DNA of 10,882 nt from Trueperaceae bacterium. Its GTDB lineage: Bacteria > Deinococcota > Deinococci > Deinococcales > Trueperaceae. The position numbers and the translations under genes were made by a program. The stretch spans positions 68,067 to 78,948 of the forward strand of contig JBBDRK010000029.1 in assembly GCA_040905465.1 (NCBI GenBank), in the 5' to 3' direction. Positions 1 to 7,899 of the stretch are shown here, piece by piece. The notes beneath the pieces were generated by a model. It saw nothing but the letters and a program-made list of their open reading frames with translations, was not told where the DNA came from and did not search any database. The first letter of the stretch is position 1. Each line of letters opens with the position of its first letter.

Positions 1-25
1 CCCCCCCCCCCCCCCCCCCCCCCCC
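1..25. repeat. Poly-C homopolymer (25 nt) at window start, probable sequencing/assembly artefact
   Basis: 25 consecutive C at the very start. Terminal poly-G/poly-C runs are a known two-colour Illumina artefact at contig ends. Confidence 0.75.
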
Positions 26-97
26 GCTTTTCCGTTCGGGCCGGCCCGCTCGGAAGCCTCGCTTCATCGGGCGAGCGCGAGAGCCCAGGCCAGGCCC

Positions 98-1789
98 TTA
101 CCTGCCCAGCTCTCGCGAGCGAGCGATCGCCATGCTGAGCAGGATGACCGGAACGATCCCGACCAGCACGATCAACAACGCGCCGCCCGCGGCTTCGGTG
201 AGGCGCTCGTCGGAAGCCAGCCGGTAGACTCGCACCGCCAGCGTGTCGAAGTTGAAGGGCCGCACTATCAACGTCGCGGGAAGCTCCTTGGTGACCTCCA
301 CGAACACGAGCAGCGCCGCCGTCAGAAGGCTTCCGCGAAGCATCGGCACGTGCACCCGCAACAGGGTGTTGATCGATCTCATGCCCAGGCTGCGAGCGGC
401 GTCGTCCATGCTCGCGGTGATCTTGCCAAGGCTGGCCTCCACAGCGCCGAACGACATCGCCAGGAAACGCACCAGATAAGCGAACACCAGACCGGCGATA
501 GTGCCGCTCAGCAGCAGACCGGTCGACAGGCCGAGGCTGGCGCGGGCCCATTCGTCGATCCGGTTGTCGATCCAGCCGAGGTGCATCAGTACTCCCACCG
601 CGATAACCGAGCCGGGCACGGCGTAGCCGATGGAGGCGATGCGGGCCGAGGTTCTGGTCAGCCCGTTGGGACGAATGCGCTTGCCGTAGGCCAGCACCAA
701 TGCCACCACGACTGCCAGCAGGGCGGTCACGGTGGCGAGCGTGAGAGTGTTGCGGGCATACTCGACCACCTGGGGGGCGAGCGCCCGCGCCGAGTTGCTC
801 AACGTCAGTTCCAGCAATATGCCGGCGGGAAGCAGGAACCCGAGCAGTATCGGGAGCAGGCAGACGGCGAACGCGAGAACCCCATTGCGCCCTCGGAGCG
901 GGTAGCCGGGTAGCTTGCGGTAGCGGCTCGAGCCCGACTGGCCGCGCTGCCGGCGTCCCAGGTTGCGCTCCACCACGATCAGCACCACGATGAACAGCAG
1001 CAGGAAAGCGGCGAGCTGCCCCGCCGCCACTCGCTCTCCCAACCCGAACCAGGTTCGGTAGATGCCGGTGGTGAAGGTCACCACGCCGAAGTACTGCACG
1101 GTTCCGAAATCGCTCAACGTTTCCATCAGCGCCAGCGTCACGCCGGCGGCGATTGCCGGCCGTGCCAGCGGCAGCGAAACCACGAAGAAGCTGCGCCAGG
1201 CGCCCCACCCCAGACTGCGACTGGCTTCCAACGTGGAAACGGCCTGCTCCAGGAAGGCCGCCCGGACGAGCAGATAGACGTAGGGGTAAAGTGCCAGCGT
1301 CAACATGACAACGGCGCCGCCGAGCGAGCGCACGTCGGGAAACCAGTAATCGCGGGGCCCCCATCCGGTAAGGCCGCGCAGCGCGCTCTGCATGGGTCCG
1401 GCGAACTGCAGGAAGTCGGTGTAGGCGTAAGCCAGGATGTAGGCGGGGATCGCCAGGGGCAGCAGCAGGGCCCATTCGAACAGCCGCCTGCCGGGGAAGC
1501 GGCACATTGTCACCAGCCAGGCGGTACCCACGCCGATCACCAGCGTGCCTACTCCCACGCCCAGCATCAGCAACAGCGAGTTGCGGATGTACTCGGGCAG
1601 GAGCGTCGAAGCGAGGTGCCGCCAAATCTCCCCGGCCGGCGTGAGCACACTGCTCAACACCACCAGGATCGGGGCGGCGATCAACGCGGCGACCGCGACG
1701 ACCACCAGGCTCCAACCGCTCGGTCGCCACGTCCTGCGCGCCAGCCTGGAACGGCGTTTCGAGCTGGTTTGGTCGACGAACCTCTGCAC
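98..1789 (-). CDS. fbpB: Fe3+ ABC transporter permease (FbpB/FutB family), about 563 aa
   Basis: Two membrane halves, each with an EAA-type loop (LEASRSLG, MDDAARSLG). Family motifs GTAWLVTMCRFPGRRLFEWALLLPLAIPAY, DFGTVQYFGVVTFTTGIY and KELPATLIVRPFNFDTLAV. The start is placed at GTG 1789 because the ORF-track extension to 2275 is antisense to the ATPase. Exact start uncertain. Confidence 0.9.
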   Translation of the reverse strand: MQRFVDQTSSKRRSRLARRTWRPSGWSLVVVAVAALIAAPILVVLSSVLTPAGEIWRHLASTLLPEYIRNSLLLMLGVGVGTLVIGVGTAWLVTMCRFPGRRLFEWALLLPLAIPAYILAYAYTDFLQFAGPMQSALRGLTGWGPRDYWFPDVRSLGGAVVMLTLALYPYVYLLVRAAFLEQAVSTLEASRSLGWGAWRSFFVVSLPLARPAIAAGVTLALMETLSDFGTVQYFGVVTFTTGIYRTWFGLGERVAAGQLAAFLLLFIVVLIVVERNLGRRQRGQSGSSRYRKLPGYPLRGRNGVLAFAVCLLPILLGFLLPAGILLELTLSNSARALAPQVVEYARNTLTLATVTALLAVVVALVLAYGKRIRPNGLTRTSARIASIGYAVPGSVIAVGVLMHLGWIDNRIDEWARASLGLSTGLLLSGTIAGLVFAYLVRFLAMSFGAVEASLGKITASMDDAARSLGMRSINTLLRVHVPMLRGSLLTAALLVFVEVTKELPATLIVRPFNFDTLAVRVYRLASDERLTEAAGGALLIVLVGIVPVILLSMAIARSRELGR

Positions 1790-1800
1790 CGGCGAATACC

Positions 1801-1806
1801 AGCATA
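1801..1806 (-). promoter_or_regulatory. Candidate -10 box (TATGCT) for the permease
   Basis: TAnnnT hexamer 11 nt upstream of GTG 1789. No clear -35. Confidence 0.35.
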
Positions 1807-1848
1807 CGACAAAGTCCGGGGGAATACCTAGCGCGTTACTCTGATATC

Positions 1849-1857
1849 TGATACGCT
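1849..1857 (+). promoter_or_regulatory. Candidate extended -10 promoter (TGaTACGCT) for the ABC ATPase
   Basis: TGn-TAnnnT match in the relatively AT-rich divergent intergenic region. Confidence 0.4.
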
Positions 1858-1921
1858 GCTCGAACTGGCAGCCGGGCGACATCTTCTCGCGCCTGTAACA
1901 GCAAAGCTGTCTCCATCTATC

Positions 1922-3067
1922 GTGAAGACTTCGACTGCAGACACCGCACTCCACGTCCAGCCGCCCGACTCGCGCACCGCCGGCTCGAGCCGCGAGGTGG
2001 TGAGGCTCACCGACTTGGCCAAGAGCTACCAGGATCCCGGGACTCCGGCGGTGGCCGGCATGGACCTGAGCGTCCAGGAAGGCGAGATCCTCTGCCTGTT
2101 GGGCCCGTCGGGATGCGGCAAGACCACCCTCCTGCGCCTGATCGCCGGCTTCGAGGAACCGGACTCGGGCTCGGTATCGATCGGCGGGAGCCAAGTGGTT
2201 GGACCCGGTTGCTGGGTACAGCCGGAGCAGCGCGCAATCGGCTTCGTTTTCCAGGACTACGCGCTGTTCCCGCATCTCAACGTGCTGCAGAACGTGGCGT
2301 TCGGGGTGCGCACCAAGTCACGGCGCACCCGAATCGAACGGGCAGAGGAGATTCTCGACCTGGTCGGGCTCACCATCTTCAGTCGCCGCTACCCGCACCA
2401 GCTCTCTGGGGGCCAGCAGCAGCGGGTCGCGTTGGCGCGGGCGCTCGCTCCCAAGCCAGAGGTGATCCTGCTCGACGAGCCTTTCAGCAATCTCGACGCG
2501 GCCCTGCGCGAGTCCACGCGCGACGAGGTCAGGAGCATCCTCAAGGAGACCAGGACCACGACCATCCTGGTGACGCACGACCAGGAGGAGGCCCTTACGT
2601 TCGCCGACCGGTTGGCGGTCATGCGGGCCGGACGGCTCGAGCAGCTCGGGCTGCCGGAGGAGGTCTACAAGCGTCCGCGTACCGCCTTCGTCGCCAAGTT
2701 CCTCGGTCGCACCAACTTGCTGCACGGAGTGGGCCTGGGCGAGGTCGCCGAGACCCTCTTCGGCACCCTGCCACTCAGCAAGGCCGCCGAAGGCAGCGTC
2801 CTGCTGTCATTGCGCCCCGAGGACCTGGTCTTCGGAGCGGAGCAGGGGTTGACCGTCAGCGTCCTGAGCCGGGACTTCAAGGGACATGACCTGACCTACG
2901 TCTGCCAGACGATTGCCGAACCGGACCGGGTCGGCGAACTGCTGACCGTCCAGACGGGACCCGAGTGCCCGGTTCGAGCCGGCGACGTGGTGAGGCTGAC
3001 CAGCCGCGGACCGGCGGTTCCGCTCGAGGGGAGCGTCAGCCCGGTCGTCTCAGGAAAAGTCCGCTAG
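1922..3067 (+). CDS. fbpC: Fe3+ ABC transporter ATP-binding protein (FbpC/FutC family) with C-terminal TOBE-like region
   Basis: Walker A GPSGCGKT, Q-loop VFQDYALFPHL, signature LSGGQQQR, Walker B ILLDEPFSNLD and H-loop VTHDQEEA. Adjacent to the Fe3+ permease. The start could be a later GTG near 1997-2000. Confidence 0.88.
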   Translation: MKTSTADTALHVQPPDSRTAGSSREVVRLTDLAKSYQDPGTPAVAGMDLSVQEGEILCLLGPSGCGKTTLLRLIAGFEEPDSGSVSIGGSQVVGPGCWVQPEQRAIGFVFQDYALFPHLNVLQNVAFGVRTKSRRTRIERAEEILDLVGLTIFSRRYPHQLSGGQQQRVALARALAPKPEVILLDEPFSNLDAALRESTRDEVRSILKETRTTTILVTHDQEEALTFADRLAVMRAGRLEQLGLPEEVYKRPRTAFVAKFLGRTNLLHGVGLGEVAETLFGTLPLSKAAEGSVLLSLRPEDLVFGAEQGLTVSVLSRDFKGHDLTYVCQTIAEPDRVGELLTVQTGPECPVRAGDVVRLTSRGPAVPLEGSVSPVVSGKVR

Positions 3068-3083
3068 CACGAGGGCAGGCACC

Positions 3084-3683
3084 TCAGTCCAAAGCGTCCA
3101 GGAACTCCTGGCGAGTGCGCTGGTCGGATCTGAACACACCGCGCATGGCGCTGGTACGGGTACTGGAACCTTGCTTCTCGACCCCGCGCATCATCATGCA
3201 CAGATGGCTTGCCTCGGTGACCACCGCTAGACCCTGCGGTTGCAGCAACTCCGCCAAGGCGTCGGCTATCTGCGAGGTCATCCTTTCCTGCACTTGCAGC
3301 CGGCGAGCGAACACGTCGACCACTCGCGCGAACTTGCTCAGCCCCAGCAGCCGTTCGTTCGGTATGTAACCGATGTGCGCCTCACCGAAGAACGGCAACA
3401 TGTGGTGCTCGCACACCGAGTAGAACTCGATACCCTTCACGACCACCATCTCCGAGCCTTCGGCAGAGAACAAGGCGCCGTTGACGGCCTGTTCGACGCT
3501 CATTTCGTAACCGCTGGTGAGAAAGCGCCACGACCGTTCGACCCGGCCCGGCGTTTCCTGAAGCCCTTCTCGAGACACGTCCTCGCCCAGCGCGGTGATG
3601 AACTCCCGCACCAGTGGCGTGAGGTCGACCGAGGCTCGGTCGGGCAGATCGGCGTTGCGCAGGATACGGGGGGAATCGGGCAC
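3084..3683 (-). CDS. folE: GTP cyclohydrolase I (type 1)
   Basis: [11 protein letters not shown], Zn-ligand motifs [12 protein letters not shown] and HLCMMMRGV, plus GLSKFARVV and [13 protein letters not shown] 3683 is preferred over TTG 3689 because GGAG (3690-3693) lies 6 nt upstream. Confidence 0.96.
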   Translation of the reverse strand: MPDSPRILRNADLPDRASVDLTPLVREFITALGEDVSREGLQETPGRVERSWRFLTSGYEMSVEQAVNGALFSAEGSEMVVVKGIEFYSVCEHHMLPFFGEAHIGYIPNERLLGLSKFARVVDVFARRLQVQERMTSQIADALAELLQPQGLAVVTEASHLCMMMRGVEKQGSSTRTSAMRGVFRSDQRTRQEFLDALD

Positions 3684-3699
3684 GTTCAACTCCGAGGCG

Positions 3700-3705
3700 A
3701 GTCTA
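3700..3705 (-). promoter_or_regulatory. Candidate -10 box (TAGACT) for folE
   Basis: TAGACT followed after 6 nt by GGAG-N6-GTG, implying a very short leader. Confidence 0.5.
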
Positions 3706-3809
3706 CAATCGGCCGAGCGCGAACCGATCGGCGTGGGCGACCTGCCGGCGACGGATGAAAGGTCCGCACGGTGCCGGCAAGCGGGCGCCGGCTGAGGTTG
3801 TCCTGCTGG

Positions 3810-4238
3810 TCAGGCTTCGAACCCTCCACCGCCGGAGTAGTCGTCGGTGAGTGCGTTCTGCTCGATCACGTGTTCGGCAACCAGAATCGGCGCCTTGGTC
3901 CTCACCGCCAGGGCGAGCGCGTCGCTCGGCCGGGCATCCACCTCGAAGTGAACGCCCTGACGTTCCAGGATGAGCATCGAGTAGTAGGTTCCCTCGACCA
4001 GGTCGGTGATCTCGACCCGTGCCACTGCGGCGTCGAACATCCGCAAGGCGGACAGCATCAGGTCGTGCGTCAACGGCCTGCCCACCAGCGACTCCTCGGA
4101 CCGGCCCGCGGCGATCGACATCGCCTGCAGGGCGTCTATCACGATCGGCAACACGTCGTCGTCCTTCGTCCGGAGGAGCACCAGGAACTGGTTTCCCTCA
4201 CCGGCAACGGCGATGTCTTCTAGGACGGCTTCGACCAT
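3810..4238 (-). CDS. Bifunctional nuclease family protein (DUF151 / BFN domain)
   Basis: Motifs LPIVI..LQAMSIA, RPLTHDL, VEITDLVEGTYYS and VDARPSDALALAVRTKAPILV, in a 142-aa protein. Confidence 0.92.
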   Translation of the reverse strand: MVEAVLEDIAVAGEGNQFLVLLRTKDDDVLPIVIDALQAMSIAAGRSEESLVGRPLTHDLMLSALRMFDAAVARVEITDLVEGTYYSMLILERQGVHFEVDARPSDALALAVRTKAPILVAEHVIEQNALTDDYSGGGGFEA

Positions 4239-4244
4239 GCGCTC

Positions 4245-4250
4245 ATCTTA
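4245..4250 (-). promoter_or_regulatory. -10 box (TAAGAT) of a probable leaderless promoter for the DUF151 gene
   Basis: TAAGAT-N6-ATG with no Shine-Dalgarno sequence. Confidence 0.65.
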
Positions 4251-4321
4251 GCGCAGGTGGAAGGGCGATTCCGTTGCCCAGCACCAGGGTGCCTGCTCGG
4301 AACGACTCCGGCACGGCACGT

Positions 4322-4330
4322 TGATACACT
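4322..4330 (+). promoter_or_regulatory. Extended -10 (TGaTACACT) of a probable leaderless promoter for gatB
   Basis: TGnTACACT-N7-ATG(4338) with no Shine-Dalgarno sequence. Confidence 0.7.
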
Positions 4331-4337
4331 GGCCGGC

Positions 4338-5768
4338 ATGTCGGCGAGCGGCACGTTCGAGTGCGTCATTGGCCTGGAGGTCCACCTGGCGGTAAAGACC
4401 GCCAGCAAAATGTTCTGCGCCTGCCGGGCAGACGCCTTCGGGTCGGAGCCGAACAGCAGCACCTGCCCGGTCTGCCTCGGGCTCCCCGGCTCGCTGCCGG
4501 TAGCCAATCGCGTGGCGATCGACAAGGCGCTGATGTTCAGCCTGGCGCTTCATTGCCGCGTTCCTGAGCTCACCCAATTCCACCGCAAGAACTACTTCTA
4601 CCCGGACGCGCCCAAGAACTATCAGATCAGCCAGTTCGACCGACCGCTCGGCGAGCACGGCCACCTCGAGCTCGACGGCGGCCGGCGGATCGGGATCACG
4701 CGCTGCCACCTGGAGGAGGACGCCGGCCGGTCGGTGCATCCCGCCTACGCCGATTACAGCCTGGTGGACCTGAACCGCGCCGGTGCTCCGCTGATCGAAA
4801 TGGTCACCGAACCGGACCTGCGCACGCCCGAGGAGGCCAGGGAGTTCCTGGTCAGGGTGCGAGCGATAGCGCAGGCGCTGGGCGCGTCCGATGCGACGCC
4901 CGAGGAGGGCAAGATGCGGGCAGACGTGAACGTGTCCTTGCGGCGGCCGAACGAGCCGCTGGGAACGAAGGTGGAGATCAAGAACCTCAACTCGTTCAAG
5001 AGTGTGCAAGCGGCGTTGGCCTTCGAGATTCGTCGACAGACGATCCTGCTGGAGGAGGGCCGTATCGTCACCCAGCAGACTCGTGGCTGGAACGAAGGCG
5101 GCCAGAAGACCTATCTGATGCGCGAGAAGGAGGAGAGCTCCGACTATCGATATTTCGCCGATCCCGACCTTCCCCCGTTGGTAATCGACAAGGAGTGGCT
5201 CGACAGGTTGCGGGCCACGACTCCCGAGCTGCCGGACTCCAAGCGGGAGCGTTACCTGGTCGTCGGCCTGCGCCAGTTCGACGCCGATCTCATCGCCTTC
5301 GATGTCGCACTTTCACGCTTCTTCGACACCGCGCTTCAGTCGCAGGTCGAACCGCAGGCGCTCGCCAACTGGCTCAACGGCGACGTCACCGGCTATCTCC
5401 GCAACCAGGGCAAGAGCCTGGCGGAGAGCGACCTCACACCGGAGTCGCTGGTAACGCTGGTCGCGCTGGTCGAAAGCGGCGAGATCTCCGGAAAGACCGG
5501 CAAGGATCTTCTGCCCGAAGTAATCGCCGGAGCCGAGCCCAGGGCCCTGGTAGCCGAGCGAGGACTGGGCCAGATTTCCGACGAAGGGCTGGTCGACGAA
5601 CTGGTGGAGCGGGTGTTGGCGGCCAACCGCTCGCTGGTAGAGAGCGTTACCGAGAACCCCAAGGCGATCAACGCCCTGCTCGGAATGGTGATGAAGGAGA
5701 GTCGCGGCAAGGCCAAACCGGAGCTGGTGCGCAGGCTGTTGAACGAGAAGCTCGGCGTTGCCGGCTGA
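4338..5768 (+). CDS. gatB: Asp-tRNA(Asn)/Glu-tRNA(Gln) amidotransferase subunit B, 476 aa
   Basis: VIGLEVH, CPVCLGLPGSLP, FHRKNYFYPDAPKNYQISQ, HLEEDAG, DLNRAGAPLIEMVTEPD, EEGKMRADVNVS, KVEIKNLNS and DYRYFADPDL, with a C-terminal YqeY-like domain. The start is moved to ATG 4338, just before FECVIGLEVH. Confidence 0.98.
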   Translation: MSASGTFECVIGLEVHLAVKTASKMFCACRADAFGSEPNSSTCPVCLGLPGSLPVANRVAIDKALMFSLALHCRVPELTQFHRKNYFYPDAPKNYQISQFDRPLGEHGHLELDGGRRIGITRCHLEEDAGRSVHPAYADYSLVDLNRAGAPLIEMVTEPDLRTPEEAREFLVRVRAIAQALGASDATPEEGKMRADVNVSLRRPNEPLGTKVEIKNLNSFKSVQAALAFEIRRQTILLEEGRIVTQQTRGWNEGGQKTYLMREKEESSDYRYFADPDLPPLVIDKEWLDRLRATTPELPDSKRERYLVVGLRQFDADLIAFDVALSRFFDTALQSQVEPQALANWLNGDVTGYLRNQGKSLAESDLTPESLVTLVALVESGEISGKTGKDLLPEVIAGAEPRALVAERGLGQISDEGLVDELVERVLAANRSLVESVTENPKAINALLGMVMKESRGKAKPELVRRLLNEKLGVAG

Positions 5769-5785
5769 GCCGATGTCTCGCCACC

Positions 5786-5832
5786 GTCGTCACCGGGGCC
5801 GGCGGTCCACGGTCGTCACGGGCGGCCGGCGG
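5786..5832 (+). repeat. Imperfect direct repeat GTCGTCAC...GGCCGGCGG x2 upstream of the lipoprotein gene
   Basis: gtcgtcaccggggccggcgg (5786-5805) and gtcgtcacgggcggccggcgg (5812-5832), followed by TATGCT at 5842-5847. Confidence 0.55.
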
Positions 5833-5920
5833 AGCTGGCTCTATGCTGGGTAACCGGCGGGTGTGGGCGCCAGGGGCGGCACCATACCGACAGTGAATGC
5901 CGGTGGGGGGACAGTGCCGG

Positions 5921-7870
5921 ATGAGATTCCGGAAACGATGGATCCTTGAGCAGTGGGCTCTGGCGGGCCTGGCGGTCCTGGTGGCGGCATGCGGCGGGCC
6001 GGGCTCCAACGGCGGGGCTCCCGACCCGGCCGAAGGCTCGTTTTCGCTCACCATTACCGTCCAAGGTCCCGGAGCTGTAGAGGCCGAGGACCTCGAGCTG
6101 ACCTGCAGCGACGAGTGTACGGCGCTGGTAGGCGCAGGAGCGAACCTCGAGTTGATCGCACAGGCGAACGGCGGCAACGGATTCGTCGGCTGGCAGCAGG
6201 ACTGTGCCGGGAACGACCCCTCCTGTTCGGTCGAGATGCGCGAGAACCTGACGGTCCGAGCGGTATTTGCCGAAAACGTCCTGGGTTTGCAGGTCAGCGG
6301 AGACGGACGAGGATCGGTGCGGGTAGTGCCCCCCGACGTAATCTGCGTCGACGACTGCAGCCAAGGGTTCGAGACGGCGGTCAACGCCAGCCTCACCGTG
6401 ACGCTCGAGGAGGGTTCGGCGGTGAAAGGCTGGGGTGGAGCGTGCAGCGGCGAGTCGGGGCGCTACTGCCAGATACCGGTGGCGGGGCAGGTGGACGTAG
6501 CGCTGACGCTGGTTCGGCCGCCAAGCGCCGCCGACGACGCATATGAGGTCAACGAAGACTCCAGCCTGGTGGTAAGCGCCGCCGATGGCGTGCTGAGCAA
6601 CGACAGCGACAGCGCGAACGACACGTTGAGGGCCGAGCTGGAGTCGCAGCCGACCAAGGGCACGATCGCCCTGAAGGGCGACGGCTCCTTCAGTTACTCG
6701 CCGCGCACCGATGAAAACGGGCCCGACAGCTTCCGCTACCGCGCCTACGACACCAGTGACAATCGCTCTCAGGTCGCAACGGTCAGCATTCTCATTCAGG
6801 CCGTCGATGAACCGCTTGGACCGGTTCCGGTGGAGACGGACACGCTCGAGGACAGTTCCGTGACGATGACACTGCAGGCGAGCGGGGGCGCGAGCGGCGC
6901 ACGCACCTACTCGATCGTGTCGTCACCCAGCCACGGGACGGTTTCGCTCGCCGGTGACGAGGCGACCTATCGGCCCGATCCGAACTTCTGGGGAGAGGAC
7001 GAGTTCGAGTTCCAGGTGCGCGATTCCGCCGGCAAAACGGCGACTGAGACGGCCGCCGTCGTGGTGACCTCGGTCAACGATGCGCCGAGTTTCCGGCTCA
7101 CCCGGCAGTCCGTTTCCGTAGCTGGCGACAGCGGGAGCCACGACTTCCCTGACTTCGCCGTCGAAGTCTCTCCAGGTCCGGCAAACGAGAGCGCCCAACA
7201 GCTTTCGTTTCGGCTCGACCCGGTCGGCGGCGATTCACTGAGCTTCTCCGAACCGCCAAGCATGAGCGTAGCCGGCGCGACCGGTTCCCTGAGTTTCGCA
7301 GTGGCAGAGGGCAGTTACGGCAGCGCCGAGTTCGACGTCATGCTCGTGGACGATGGCGGCAGTGCGAACGGCGGCCAGAACGAGTCGGCGGTGCAGAGTC
7401 TCACCATCACCGTTTCGGAGCCGCAGCCTACGGAACCGGAGCCTACACAGCCGCAGCCTGCCGAGCCGGAGCCTGCGAACTCGGCTCCCGTGGCCGAGGA
7501 CGATTCGCTGAGTACCGGCCAGGACATGCCGGTCGACATCACGCTTCGCGCCAGCGATGTCGACGGCGACGTGCTGGAGTACCGAGTGACGGTCGCGCCT
7601 TCCGACGGGGCGCTCTCGGGAACGGCGCCGGAGCTTACCTACACATCCGAGAGCGGCTTCAGCGGGAACGACCTGCTCCGCTTCGTCGCCAACGACGGCA
7701 CCGAAGATTCCAACGAAGCGACAGTGGAAATCACGGTGGAACCGAGCGCGGCTGAAGACGACACAGAGAGCAGCGCAGAGGGTAGCGCAGCAGGTAGCAC
7801 AGTGGGCAGCACAGCGGACAGCCCGGAGAGCAGCGTAGAGAGCAGCGCCGAGAAAAACGCAGCGGGCTGA
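5921..7870 (+). CDS. Surface lipoprotein with 2 InlB-B-repeat-like (Cys-containing) domains and about 4 Ig/cadherin-like (Big_9/tandem-95-type) repeats, 649 aa
   Basis: Basic N-terminus, hydrophobic stretch and lipobox LVAA-C24. Two repeats with GW...C.G....C. Repeats such as PSAADDAYEVNED..GVLSNDSD..DGSFSYSP, VNDAPSF and NSAPVAEDD..ITLRASDVDGD..F.ANDG. Pro/Glu linker and Ser-rich tail. GGGGGA precedes ATG 5921. Confidence 0.85.
   Translation: MRFRKRWILEQWALAGLAVLVAACGGPGSNGGAPDPAEGSFSLTITVQGPGAVEAEDLELTCSDECTALVGAGANLELIAQANGGNGFVGWQQDCAGNDPSCSVEMRENLTVRAVFAENVLGLQVSGDGRGSVRVVPPDVICVDDCSQGFETAVNASLTVTLEEGSAVKGWGGACSGESGRYCQIPVAGQVDVALTLVRPPSAADDAYEVNEDSSLVVSAADGVLSNDSDSANDTLRAELESQPTKGTIALKGDGSFSYSPRTDENGPDSFRYRAYDTSDNRSQVATVSILIQAVDEPLGPVPVETDTLEDSSVTMTLQASGGASGARTYSIVSSPSHGTVSLAGDEATYRPDPNFWGEDEFEFQVRDSAGKTATETAAVVVTSVNDAPSFRLTRQSVSVAGDSGSHDFPDFAVEVSPGPANESAQQLSFRLDPVGGDSLSFSEPPSMSVAGATGSLSFAVAEGSYGSAEFDVMLVDDGGSANGGQNESAVQSLTITVSEPQPTEPEPTQPQPAEPEPANSAPVAEDDSLSTGQDMPVDITLRASDVDGDVLEYRVTVAPSDGALSGTAPELTYTSESGFSGNDLLRFVANDGTEDSNEATVEITVEPSAAEDDTESSAEGSAAGSTVGSTADSPESSVESSAEKNAAG
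7418..7477 (+). repeat. 4 x 15-bp in-frame tandem repeat (EPQPT EPEPT QPQPA EPEPA linker)
   Basis: gagccgcagcctacg / gaaccggagcctaca / cagccgcagcctgcc / gagccggagcctgcg. Confidence 0.85.
7766..7849 (+). repeat. 7 x 12-bp degenerate in-frame repeat (ESSA EGSA AGST VGST ADSP ESSV ESSA)
   Basis: The third codon of every unit is AGC. Units 1, 6 and 7 begin gagagcagcg. Confidence 0.75.
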
Positions 7871-7899
7871 CGAGAGGCGGGCAGTGAGGGGATCGGCGA

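Noticed and set aside
1-25. Poly-C tract as a phase-variation element or G-quadruplex
   Set aside because: It sits at the extreme window end with no left flank and is most simply a sequencing artefact.
30-55. Palindrome CGGGCCGGCCCG with TTCCG/CGGAA flanks as the permease terminator
   Set aside because: On the permease (minus) strand the stem is followed by A residues, not a U-tract, and it adjoins a suspect contig end.
1790-2275. N-terminal 162-aa extension of the permease in the ORF track
   Set aside because: Mostly antisense shadow of the ATPase gene. Permease similarity begins only after about 1789.
3683-3720. CGTTCAACTC segment recalling, from memory, the folE-associated THF-II riboswitch core
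   Set aside because: It is on the strand antisense to folE, abuts the start codon and lacks the supporting stems. Treated as coincidence; an Rfam scan would settle it.
4257-4337. Longer gatB start at 4257
   Set aside because: The extension is unlike GatB, and an extended -10 sits 7 nt before ATG 4338.
4338-5768. gatB without gatA/gatC as an anomaly
   Set aside because: Dispersed gat genes are common in many bacteria, including Deinococcus-Thermus.
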